DNA of 64,000 nucleotides from an uncultured Pseudomonadota bacterium (GTDB lineage Bacteria; Pseudomonadota; Alphaproteobacteria; RF32; CAG-239): NCBI GenBank assembly GCA_902788365.1, contig CADAJN010000003.1, positions 58,656 to 122,655 of the forward strand, read 5' to 3'. Shown piece by piece: positions 9,203 to 18,197 of this stretch (position 1 is its first letter; each line of letters starts with the position of its first letter). The notes under the pieces were generated by a model. It saw only the letters and a program-made list of their open reading frames with translations, ran no database searches and was not told where the DNA came from. The position numbers and the translations under genes were made by a program.

Positions 9203-9378
9203 TTGGTCGGAGTGACAGGGTGAACCGGCGGAAAGCTGGTTCGCACTCAAGCGAAAGGCGCACGCGGGTGCGCCGGTCGGCAATTTGCCGATGAGCGTAG
9301 AGCACGTAGCAAAGCGAAGTAATCCCTAAACGTTGACCAACAAAAAAAATCCTGCCCTTGTGGCGGGATTTTTTTGTT
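9203..9378 (+). repeat. tRNA-Pro-linked structured unit 2 with its own terminator
   Basis: Same core as unit 1. Starts with an inverted copy of the tRNA-Pro 3' end (TGGTCGGAGTGAC). Terminator is TCCTGCC-cttgt-GGCGGGA plus T7. Confidence 0.55.
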
Positions 9379-9535
9379 AAAACGAAAGCGCGGGATTTGA
9401 AACAGCGAGAAGCTGGTTCGCACTCAAGCAAAAGCGAGACGGAAGTATCGCGGTCGCCGATAGGCGATGAGCGTAGAGCACGTAGCGCAGCGAAGTCTTC
9501 CCGTCCCTACGCCTAAAAAGGCGGGCTTATGTATT
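9379..9535 (+). repeat. tRNA-Pro-linked structured unit 3 with terminator-like hairpin
   Basis: Same conserved core, with compensatory substitutions in two internal stems. Hairpin CGCC-taaaaa-GGCG. Confidence 0.5.
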
Positions 9536-9619
9536 TATGTTGTGGTGCCAAATAATCTATTTCTCTTAAACCAATCAAAAAGCCCCCAAAAGGGGCTTCT
9601 TAGTTTTTACACCAAAGTT

Positions 9620-11005
9620 TTAATAACTATCTCTTTGTTGTAACATAGAAGTATAATTTTGACCATTACCGCCATTAACCAAATGATTATATACTCGGGC
9701 TATTTCTTGCTGATCTTTATTTGTACGTTCGCCATTTTTATCACACTTTTCAACAACATCTAAAAATTGCGTCAATCTAGACAGCGCTTCGGCATTAGTT
9801 TTACAGCCGACAGTTAAATCATATAAAATAGGCGCTTTAAGCCCGCGGCTATTATTATCCTGAAGCTCAAAGTTATAATCTATCACTTTACTTAAATCTC
9901 CCCAGTATGGAATATCGGAAAACATTTCTCTTGCCCGCCGCAAATATTCTTCTTTATTTTCTTCATTTGGCGCAACTGAAGCTCTAAAACCGTATCCTTC
10001 CAGATGACAATCACCAAGTTCTCCATTAATCTTTGTCATATACGGAGAATCTTTTTGATTATATGTCTCAAGCCATTGATTGTATATATATGAAACAATA
10101 TAATCTCCTTGCTGTTTTTCATCTTTGATCTTCGGTAATTCCTTTTGTAAAGCGAGCGTATCTACTTCCGATTTAGTGGCAAAATGAGACACATGTCCGT
10201 CATTTTTATATTTCTGAAAAGCCAGTCCGGCTTGTACTAAACTCGCTTTGATTTCACTTAGAAAACGTAATCTTTTCATGTATTCATTCGGTAAATCTGG
10301 AATAAATAAATTTTTTACATGGTCGTCTCTATGAGATAATTCGTGCTCTTTAATACTTTCCACACAATCTCTGCTAAATAGTTTGGATATGTAATTTATA
10401 AAATCAGTAGCTTTTGCCTCGGAGCATTGTGCTAAAGACATCACCGTCTTGACATCATTTTTAGGATTATCTGAATGGTATTCGTATAAAGTTAATATGT
10501 TTGTATCAAACTCAAATGCACCGCTACTAAAATAAATACCATTATCATAATGTATATCGTTGGTTAAATTAAGTGGCAGTACTCTTATCTCAGTCGGTTT
10601 TGAAAAAATTTTTTTCTGTGCATTTAAATAATCTTCTTTAATTTTAGTATTATCAAAACTTTCTTTTTCAATCGCTGTTCCTGTATAAGGGTCATAGCTT
10701 ACATAGAAAATTTCTTCCTTCCCTTCATCTTCGTTATTGAACGATTCATATTTTATATGCTTTGTTTTTTCTTCTGAAAAAAATTCGTTTAACAATTTCC
10801 ATTCTTCTGCCCCAAAACATTCCTCATCTTTATATTCGGCAAATTCTTCCGGTGATAATTTTTTTGAAAGTTCTGTTTTTTCCTTAATTTCATCAAAACC
10901 TTGTTGCGTTTGAGCGCTTCCTTGTACCGGCAATAAAGGAGAAGCAATAATCATACCTTTAATAATCTGGCTTTTTAATTTATTAATTCTATTCTGTATT
11001 GTCAT
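9620..11005 (-). CDS. Secreted hypothetical protein with an HExxH motif (putative zincin-like metallopeptidase or effector)
   Basis: 461 aa with an N-terminal signal-like region. HELSH motif (…IKEHELSHRDDH…). Very AT-rich compared with its flanks. Confidence 0.5.
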   Translation of the reverse strand: MTIQNRINKLKSQIIKGMIIASPLLPVQGSAQTQQGFDEIKEKTELSKKLSPEEFAEYKDEECFGAEEWKLLNEFFSEEKTKHIKYESFNNEDEGKEEIFYVSYDPYTGTAIEKESFDNTKIKEDYLNAQKKIFSKPTEIRVLPLNLTNDIHYDNGIYFSSGAFEFDTNILTLYEYHSDNPKNDVKTVMSLAQCSEAKATDFINYISKLFSRDCVESIKEHELSHRDDHVKNLFIPDLPNEYMKRLRFLSEIKASLVQAGLAFQKYKNDGHVSHFATKSEVDTLALQKELPKIKDEKQQGDYIVSYIYNQWLETYNQKDSPYMTKINGELGDCHLEGYGFRASVAPNEENKEEYLRRAREMFSDIPYWGDLSKVIDYNFELQDNNSRGLKAPILYDLTVGCKTNAEALSRLTQFLDVVEKCDKNGERTNKDQQEIARVYNHLVNGGNGQNYTSMLQQRDSY

Positions 11006-11152
11006 TATCTGTCCTCATCTTTTGATTAAGACAAAATATATCACAGTTGCTAATATTTGTCAATATTTTTCACATTGATTGCACCTCATTTTTTTATATT
11101 TACTTTATCTGAAAATATGCTAGTTTTATCATATTCAACAAAAGGAAAACTC

Positions 11153-11617
11153 ATGGATAAATTTTTTAAGCACTCGATTAAAGCCATTATCATTAAAGAC
11201 GGCAAATTGCTGGTAGAAAGTGTTGACTATGGGCGCGGCCGTTATTGTAAATTGCCGGGCGGCGGGCAAGAATGGGGCGAAACCATGCAACAAACGATTA
11301 TCCGCGAATGCAAGGAAGAATTAAATCTTGATGTTAAACCGTTACGTTTGGTTTTGGCGCGCGACTATATTGCAAAAAATCATAATCAGCCATACGATTT
11401 AGACTGTTTTCATTTGGCAGAACTGATGTTTGAATGCGAGGTGAGCGATTTTACCGCGCTTGGTAACGGTAGCGAACCGGATAGCGATGCGCAAAAGATA
11501 AAATGGATAGAATTAGATAAATTAGCGGATTCCGATTTTTATCCCAAGGCGATTATTCCATATTTGAAAAATATCAAAGACATCAAAGAAACGGTTGTGT
11601 TGGGAGATGTAAATTAG
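11153..11617 (+). CDS. NUDIX hydrolase
   Basis: Nudix box GGGQEWGETMQQTIIRECKEELNL. Start set at the Met that has an AAGGAAAA RBS. Confidence 0.8.
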   Translation: MDKFFKHSIKAIIIKDGKLLVESVDYGRGRYCKLPGGGQEWGETMQQTIIRECKEELNLDVKPLRLVLARDYIAKNHNQPYDLDCFHLAELMFECEVSDFTALGNGSEPDSDAQKIKWIELDKLADSDFYPKAIIPYLKNIKDIKETVVLGDVN

Positions 11618-11627
11618 GAGAAAAGAT

Positions 11628-12110
11628 ATGCATTTTGAAGTAATTACCAAAGATTCAAAGCTGACACCGGAATTATTGAATATTTTGCAAAATGAATGGC
11701 CGGAAGCTTATGGCTGGCTGACAGATGTTATGGACGGTTGGTCTTTAACCGATTTTCCGCAAATTGTTGTGGCAACCGAAAACAATGAAATTATCGGCTA
11801 CTACTCGCTTATTGCCAAAGAACTGGTTCAAGACAATCATGACTACACACCGTGGTTGGGCACTCTGTTTGTTTGCGCAAAATATCGCGGTAACCACTAT
11901 AGTCCGATATTGATTGAAGATGCGTGCCGGCGCGTTAAAAATATGGGATATAATCATTTATATTTGGCCACCGAACACATCGGCTTATATGAAAAATTCG
12001 GTTTTGAAGAAATCGGTTTAGGCTTATATTTATGGGGTGCGCCCACAAAATTTTATAGAAAAACGATTTATACTTATGATAATCATGATTTAAAAATAAA
12101 GGAAAACTAA
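11628..12110 (+). CDS. GNAT-family N-acetyltransferase
   Basis: 160 aa with acetyl-CoA-binding-like segment CAKYRGNHYSPILIEDACRRVKNMGYNHLYL. Confidence 0.65.
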   Translation: MHFEVITKDSKLTPELLNILQNEWPEAYGWLTDVMDGWSLTDFPQIVVATENNEIIGYYSLIAKELVQDNHDYTPWLGTLFVCAKYRGNHYSPILIEDACRRVKNMGYNHLYLATEHIGLYEKFGFEEIGLGLYLWGAPTKFYRKTIYTYDNHDLKIKEN

Positions 12111-12916
12111 TGTTTGAAATTATTGAAGATGGCGCAAAACTTGCCGAAGGTGTTAAAATAGGACACCATGCAATTATCAAAAGCGGTGCAGAAATTGGAA
12201 AAGACACTATCATAGGCGATTATGCTTATATTGATTCAAATGTTGTCATCGGTAAAAATAATTATATCGGAACAGGTGTTGTGCTAAAAGGCAATGTCCA
12301 AATCGGCAACAATAATCATATTTTGGATAAAACCGTCATCGGTTTGCCCTCAAAGCACATCGGTTACCATTTTTACAAGGGGCGCGTTATCATCGGAAAC
12401 AATAATTTTATCAGTAACGGCTGTGCTATTGATTGCGGAAATAATCATTTATCGGATAAGTATCCCGAGCTTTTACCTTATTTGAATACTGACTTACCCG
12501 AAGATGCTGATTATGAAGATGCAACCATTATCGGCGACAGATGCTACATTTTAAACAATGTTACGATACACCATAATTGCCGAGTGGGATTGGGCAAAAT
12601 TGCAAATTGCGATAAAGAATACGATACCATAATTTGCAGCGGCTGTTGCTTAAATGGATTTGTGCAAGTGCGCAAAGGTTGTGAATTAAGCAGCGGCACC
12701 TATATCCGCGAATTTGCCTCAATCGGTGAAGGAGCTTTTACGGCAATGATGTCATGCATTGTCAAAGATGTTCCTCCGTTTTCTTTCATTTTAAACAATA
12801 AAAATACCGGTTATTGCGAAAAATTACAAAAAAAGTTTCATATCTCGGAGAGTCAACTGCAAAAACTGCTGATTTCTTTTGCCGACAGCACCAGTCACAG
12901 ATTAAAATGCTACTAA
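12110..12916 (+). CDS. lpxA: LpxA-like UDP-N-acetylglucosamine acyltransferase (left-handed beta-helix), divergent with an insertion
   Basis: Hexapeptide repeats. C-terminal GAFTAMMSCIVKDVPPFSFILNNKNTGYCEKLQKKFHISESQL matches the LpxA C-terminus. Sits upstream of lpxI and lpxB. Confidence 0.6.
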   Translation: MFEIIEDGAKLAEGVKIGHHAIIKSGAEIGKDTIIGDYAYIDSNVVIGKNNYIGTGVVLKGNVQIGNNNHILDKTVIGLPSKHIGYHFYKGRVIIGNNNFISNGCAIDCGNNHLSDKYPELLPYLNTDLPEDADYEDATIIGDRCYILNNVTIHHNCRVGLGKIANCDKEYDTIICSGCCLNGFVQVRKGCELSSGTYIREFASIGEGAFTAMMSCIVKDVPPFSFILNNKNTGYCEKLQKKFHISESQLQKLLISFADSTSHRLKCY

Positions 12917-13004
12917 GTTTTTCAGCGGGCAAATGATACATATAACTTGTTTTTTTTGCCAAATTTGTTAAAATGCGTTCAGTTGTAACTTTTATGGTAT
13001 AAAT

Positions 13005-13844
13005 ATGACTGAAATAAATAACAAACTCGGCATTGTCGCCGGCGGCGGTATTTTGCCGCAACTTCTGATTAAACATTGTATTGCGCAAAATCGGCCGTTC
13101 TTTGTGTTGGCGATTGAAAATAATGCCGACCGCGCCATTTTTACCCCCGACATTCCGCATCAATGGATTAGAATCGGTCAAGCCGGCACCGGCTTTAAAC
13201 GTTTTGCCGAAGAACAAGTGACCGAAGTGGTGCTTATCGGCACTATTCATCGCCCCTCTTTGTCAGATTTGGTTCCTGATTTGCGCACTGCGGCGTTTTT
13301 TGCCCGCATCGGCATGAAATCGCTTGGCGATGATGGTATACTGCGCGCCGTTGTTAAAGAAATTGAATCTGAAAATATGCGCGTGGTCGGTATTCATGAA
13401 GTGATGCCGGATTTGCTCGCCAAAGAAGGACTTTTAACCAAAAGCAAACCCGATAAACAAGCTCTGGCCGATATCAAACGTGGCGCCGAAGTAGCTTATG
13501 AGCTGGGCCGGCTTGATGTCGGGCAATCGGTCATTGTGCAGCAAGGTCTTGTTTTGGGCGTTGAAGGCATAGAGGGCACCGATGAGCTGATTAAGCGTTG
13601 CGGTGCCTATCAGCGTAAGGGAGTGGGCGGTGTTTTGGTCAAACTGCGCAAACCGCAACAAGATATGCGTATTGACTTGCCAACCATCGGCACCCGCACC
13701 ATTGAAGCTTTACATCAAGCCGGCATGCGCGGCATTGCAATTCACGCCGGCAACGCTTTGATGATAAACGAACCCGAAGTGCTTGCCTTAGCTGATAAAT
13801 ATGGTATGTTCATTATGGGCATTGTGCCCCAAGGAGGCAAATAG
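13005..13844 (+). CDS. lpxI: UDP-2,3-diacylglucosamine hydrolase LpxI (DUF1009 family)
   Basis: LGIVAGGGILPQLL N-terminus. Conserved lpxA-lpxI-lpxB context of alphaproteobacteria. Confidence 0.8.
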   Translation: MTEINNKLGIVAGGGILPQLLIKHCIAQNRPFFVLAIENNADRAIFTPDIPHQWIRIGQAGTGFKRFAEEQVTEVVLIGTIHRPSLSDLVPDLRTAAFFARIGMKSLGDDGILRAVVKEIESENMRVVGIHEVMPDLLAKEGLLTKSKPDKQALADIKRGAEVAYELGRLDVGQSVIVQQGLVLGVEGIEGTDELIKRCGAYQRKGVGGVLVKLRKPQQDMRIDLPTIGTRTIEALHQAGMRGIAIHAGNALMINEPEVLALADKYGMFIMGIVPQGGK

Positions 13845-15002
13845 ATGAAGTATTATTTAATTGCCGGCGAACCTTCCGGCGACGCATTGGGCGGTCGTTT
13901 AATGGAAGCCTTAAAGGCACAAGATAAAAAAGCACAATTTTTTGGTATCGGCGGCGACATTATGCAGGCTCAAGGGCTCAAATCGCTGTTTAATATCAGC
14001 GAGCTTTCCGTTATGGGCTTAGCCGAGGTTATTCCGAGCATTCCGAAAATTTTGCGCCGCATCAGAGAAACAGTGCAAAATATTCAAGATGTGTCACCGG
14101 ACGTAATTGTTACCATTGATTCTTGGAGCTTTTCCGCGCGTATTCATAAAAAAATTCGCCGTTTGCAATTAGGTATTCCGCAAGTGCATTATGTGGCACC
14201 GCAAGTCTGGGCTTGGAAGAAAAAACGTGCTCGCACCATGTATAAATATATTGACTTGCTGCTGACATTATTTCCCAACGAACCGCGCTATTTCACGCCA
14301 TATCATTTAAATGCCGTGTTTGTCGGGCATCCGGTCATTGAAAGCATGATTGTTAACGGGGCGCAAGATAAAGGCAAGTTTAAGGCGCAACATAAAATTA
14401 AAAACAATTTGATGCTAGTGCTGCCAGGGTCACGCCATAATGAAGTAGAACGCTTGCTGCCTGATTTTTTGCAAACCGTGCGCCTGATGCAACAAGAACA
14501 CAGCGATTGGACTTATGTTATTCCGACAGTCAGCACGGTGGCGGCACATGTTAAGCGCATGGTAGATGAATCGGGCTTACCGATAAAAATTATTGAGGGG
14601 CAAGAAGCACGCCATCTGGCATTTTTGGACGCCGACGTGGCCATCGCCGCTTCCGGCACGGTGGCGCTTGAGCTGGCCATTGTTAATGTGCCGCATATCA
14701 TTGCTTATAAGGTGCCGAAACTTACCGAATGGTTGGCACGGCGTTTCTTACATATTCAATACGTCAACTTAACCAACATTTTGCTCGGACGCGAAGTGGT
14801 GCCCGAACTGTTGCAACAAGATTGTGAACCGCATAACATTTTATCATATATTAAAAAATTTATTGCCAAACAGCAGCCTTACGGCCGACAAATGGAGGGC
14901 TTTGAAAAGGTGCGCCAATTGCTCGGTATGGGCAAACAAACCCCTAGCGCCAACGCTGCAAAAGCCATTTTAAAGCTGATTAAACATGAAAAAGTTGATT
15001 AG
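13845..15002 (+). CDS. lpxB: Lipid-A-disaccharide synthase
   Basis: MKYYLIAGEPSGDALGGRLMEALK N-terminus. 385 aa. Confidence 0.9.
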   Translation: MKYYLIAGEPSGDALGGRLMEALKAQDKKAQFFGIGGDIMQAQGLKSLFNISELSVMGLAEVIPSIPKILRRIRETVQNIQDVSPDVIVTIDSWSFSARIHKKIRRLQLGIPQVHYVAPQVWAWKKKRARTMYKYIDLLLTLFPNEPRYFTPYHLNAVFVGHPVIESMIVNGAQDKGKFKAQHKIKNNLMLVLPGSRHNEVERLLPDFLQTVRLMQQEHSDWTYVIPTVSTVAAHVKRMVDESGLPIKIIEGQEARHLAFLDADVAIAASGTVALELAIVNVPHIIAYKVPKLTEWLARRFLHIQYVNLTNILLGREVVPELLQQDCEPHNILSYIKKFIAKQQPYGRQMEGFEKVRQLLGMGKQTPSANAAKAILKLIKHEKVD

Positions 15003-17037
15003 GCGATTTTTTCATACCATAAAAGAAAATGTGTTTGCCGAACAAAGCCGATGGTTTGCTTTTGTGCCGTTTTTGTTCGGCATAGGTATCGCACTTTATT
15101 TCAGCTTGCCGTTTGAGCCGAATTTGTGGCTGACTCTGGCTATTGTGGAAGCATGGTTACTGGCATTTTATTTTTGCCGTTTCAAAAATTTGAATGTGCT
15201 TTTTATCAGCGGCTTAATCATAATTTGCGGCTTTATTAACATTCAAATGCACACGATTTATCAGGCGCGAAATGTGCAATTTGCACCGCAACACATCACT
15301 TATTTAAGCGGTCAAATCACCGATATTACGGCTTCTGAAAAAGGCAAACAACGTTTTATGTTAGACCATGTTACCGATTGGGATAAACCGCTTATCGGGC
15401 AATACCGCATAACTAATACCGGCGTTCAAGAAGATTTTAATATCGGCGAGTGCGTGGAGCTGGTTGGCACCGTATTTCCTCCGTCGCGTGTGCCGTTACT
15501 GAACGGTTATCAGCTTGACCGCAAATATTTTTATGAAGGCATCAGCGCTATCGGCTATGCCAACAGTGAAGTTTTTAAAATCAAATGTCCGCACGGTGGC
15601 AATAAATTAAATTTTACGGCACGATTGAACAATTTGCGCCACAAAATCGGCACACAAATCAGCACTGTTTTACCGCCGACAACCGCCGGTATTGCCGAAG
15701 CTCTGATTATCGGCGAAAAATCAAATATCTCGCCTCAAATAACCGATAACTACCGCGGCGCCGGATTAGCACATTTTTTGGCGGTTTCCGGTTTGCATTT
15801 GGGCTGTATTGCCGGTTTAATATTCTTTTTGGTGCGCTGGATTTTAGCTCTGTTTCCGGCCATTGCATTGCGTTATGACAGCAAAAAACCGGCCGCAGTT
15901 GCCGCCATTTTGTTCAGCGCGCTTTATCTGCTGATATCCGGCATGGCTGTGCCGGCCGAACGCGCTTTTATTATGACAGTTGTGGTGTTAATCGGTGTTT
16001 TGTTTGACCGCCAAGCCATTTCTATGCGCATGGTCTGCTTTGCCGCTTTGGTTATTCTGATTTTGATACCGCAAGCGCTGATATCGGTAAGTTTTCAGAT
16101 GTCATTTGCCGCGGTTTATGCCCTTGTGGCGTTTTATGAAAAATTTGCCGGATTGATGGCGCAACAAAAACAACAAATCGGCTGGCTCGGACGCATTATG
16201 CGCTATCTGGTTGGTATTGTTGTTGCCGACTTTGTGGCAAGCTTAGCCACAGCGCCGATGGCTATGTATCATTTTCAGCAGCTCGCAATATACACCAGCT
16301 TGGGCAATTTATTGGCCGGTCCGCTAATCGGTTTATATTTAATGCCGATGATTTTGGTGTGTTTAGCAACGTTGCCGTTTAATGCCGCCGCTCTGCCACT
16401 CAAAGCGTTGGGTTGGGGATTGGAAATCTTAAACAAAATTACCGCCGAAGTTTCGGCATTGCCAAACAGTTTGATGACCGTGCCGGATATGCCGTTATGG
16501 GGATTTTTGCTGATAACATGCGGCGCTTATTGGCTCTGTGCATGGCAAAAAAAATGGCGTCTATGGGGATTAGCACCGATTGCGGTCGGTTTATTGTCAT
16601 TGCTGACAGCACAAAATCCGGTGGCATTGGTGGCGCCGAACGGTGCCGGGTTTGCCGTGCGGGATAAGGCGCAAAATATGGTTCTTGTGCCATTGGCGAC
16701 TGACAGTTGGCTCAAAAAAGTTTGGCAGGAACGTTGGCAGGTCCGCTTTTTGCGCAAAAAAGACTTTAAAAAGTCTGCTGATGGATGTTTACAACTGCCT
16801 GAAACAGTAATGCTCTCCTGCCAAAAAGGAATTTATCGGTATCGCGATAAAGTAACCTTTGAGCCGCAAAAGGAACTCAAAATTGACGGACAAACCATAG
16901 ATTGGCGTGCCGGCGGATATATTTATGATAATGCCGGCAAAATGCAATTTGTGCCGCTGTGGAACGCTGAGCATTGCCGCCGCTGGCAGACCGATTATCA
17001 AAAATGCAGTGCTTTAAAAACAAAAGCCGCCCGATAA
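14986..17037 (+). CDS. comEC: ComEC/Rec2-family DNA internalisation channel protein
   Basis: 683 aa polytopic protein with competence-domain signature AHFLAVSGLHLGCIAGLIFF. Confidence 0.85.
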   Translation: MKKLIRRFFHTIKENVFAEQSRWFAFVPFLFGIGIALYFSLPFEPNLWLTLAIVEAWLLAFYFCRFKNLNVLFISGLIIICGFINIQMHTIYQARNVQFAPQHITYLSGQITDITASEKGKQRFMLDHVTDWDKPLIGQYRITNTGVQEDFNIGECVELVGTVFPPSRVPLLNGYQLDRKYFYEGISAIGYANSEVFKIKCPHGGNKLNFTARLNNLRHKIGTQISTVLPPTTAGIAEALIIGEKSNISPQITDNYRGAGLAHFLAVSGLHLGCIAGLIFFLVRWILALFPAIALRYDSKKPAAVAAILFSALYLLISGMAVPAERAFIMTVVVLIGVLFDRQAISMRMVCFAALVILILIPQALISVSFQMSFAAVYALVAFYEKFAGLMAQQKQQIGWLGRIMRYLVGIVVADFVASLATAPMAMYHFQQLAIYTSLGNLLAGPLIGLYLMPMILVCLATLPFNAAALPLKALGWGLEILNKITAEVSALPNSLMTVPDMPLWGFLLITCGAYWLCAWQKKWRLWGLAPIAVGLLSLLTAQNPVALVAPNGAGFAVRDKAQNMVLVPLATDSWLKKVWQERWQVRFLRKKDFKKSADGCLQLPETVMLSCQKGIYRYRDKVTFEPQKELKIDGQTIDWRAGGYIYDNAGKMQFVPLWNAEHCRRWQTDYQKCSALKTKAAR

Positions 17038-17049
17038 GGCGACTTAAAC

Positions 17050-17123
17050 TGGAGCGAGTGAGGGGAATCGAACCCCCGTTATAAGCTTGGGAAGCTTCTA
17101 TTCTACCATTGAATTACACTCGC
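17050..17123 (-). tRNA. tRNA-Gly (anticodon CCC)
   Basis: Minus strand GCGAGTGTAATTCAATGGTAGAATAGAAGCTTCCCAAGCTTATAACGGGGGTTCGATTCCCCTCACTCGCTCCA. Close to E. coli glyU. Confidence 0.85.
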
Positions 17124-17291
17124 ATGCTAATCATTATATATCGCACCCAAAAATAAAAAGCAAGAAAAAACACCGAGAAATTCCGGCGTTTTTTTTATGA
17201 AAAGAGTGGATAGAAATCACCCCCATTAACTTAATACCTATCCGGTCATTGCCCGACTTGATTGGTCAATCTCAACCGCTTTGCTTACACT

Positions 17292-17519
17292 TCACTCCAG
17301 CACAATGCGTGATTTTTTCCCGTAAAATGTCATAAGTTTGCAAAAAAGATTATACGGTAAGCACTTACCGTCTTCCATACGTTTTAATAAATGCACACTG
17401 ATATGCACTGCAGCTTGTAATTCTTCTAAACTCAATCCACGCTCTAACCGAAATTGCTTAAGTTGCGGGCAAATATCCGCCAATACCTCTTTACTGATTA
17501 AGTTATTTTTTATGATCAT
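17292..17519 (-). CDS. XRE-family helix-turn-helix transcriptional regulator (75 aa)
   Basis: LERGLSLEELQAAVHISVHLLKRMEDGK is an HTH_XRE-like segment. Confidence 0.55.
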   Translation of the reverse strand: MIIKNNLISKEVLADICPQLKQFRLERGLSLEELQAAVHISVHLLKRMEDGKCLPYNLFCKLMTFYGKKSRIVLE

Positions 17520-17554
17520 TTCAAAACTCCCCTATTTTTGCTAAGCCAACAAAA

Positions 17555-17592
17555 AACCACCTTAAATTCCTTCAAGGTGGGGAGTTCGTAAC
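17555..17592 (-). terminator. Rho-independent terminator, likely the end of the rpoBC transcript
   Basis: CCACCTT-N10-AAGGTGG; on the minus strand it is followed by TTTTTTTG. Confidence 0.5.
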
Positions 17593-17767
17593 TGCCTATA
17601 TACAGTCTGATTTATTCAATATATTCATCAGCTCCCCATAAGGGAGTTATTATATAGGAGGAGCTACGACACTCCGCCGACAGAACACCTATCGGCAAAG
17701 ATGATATTAAAACAATTACATAAAATTGCAAGCAAAAAAGCCCAACTTGACAATCAACCATTTTCTT

Positions 17768-18196
17768 AAAAACCTCAGATAATGAGCTTAATACGAAGAA
17801 AGTTTTCTCACGCGGTGTAAACAATAGCTACATAAGCGAGAAAACTTTCAAGTAGATACCAGCTCATTCAAGCTGTAAACCTCGGATAATGTGTCAGATG
17901 CGACGGAAGTCTGTTGGCGACGTGTAGATAAAGCTACATAAGCGAGAAAACTTTTATTAAATAACCACCTATCAGTTCAAGGTTAAAACCTCGGATAATG
18001 AGCTTAATACGAAGAAAGTTTTCTCACGCGGTGTAGATAATACTACATAAGTGAGAAAACTTTCAAGTAGATACCAACTCATTCAAGCTGTAAACCTCGG
18101 ATAATGTGTCAGATGCGACGGAAGTCTGTTGGCGACGTGTAGATAAGGCTACATAAGCCAACAGACTTCCTAGCAGATGACCATTAGACGAGATTT
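17768..18196. repeat. Cluster A of palindromic extragenic elements (4 units of about 105 bp; REP/RPE-like)
   Basis: Units begin AAACCTCGGATAATG and end ACAAGTAGATACCAGCT(AGACGAG). Central hairpin GTGTAGATAAnGCTACA. Units 1/3 and 2/4 are pairwise near-identical. Confidence 0.85.
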
Positions 18197-18197
18197 C

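Noticed and set aside
9095-9431. ORFs 9095..9283 and 9174..9431 (minus) inside the tRNA-Pro-linked units
   Set aside because: They cover repeat copies and terminator hairpins and are likely non-coding.
9053-9535. tRNA-Pro-linked units as permuted tmRNA (ssrA) on the minus strand
   Set aside because: Minus-strand units do end in tRNA-like ...GTCACTCCGACCA. However no tag ORF with a canonical A-N-D-...-AA ending is present, there are three tandem copies, and the terminators are on the plus strand.
17768-18196. Repeat clusters as CRISPR arrays
   Set aside because: Each unit is one long palindrome with variable arms. There is no alternation of identical short repeats with unique spacers, and no cas genes.
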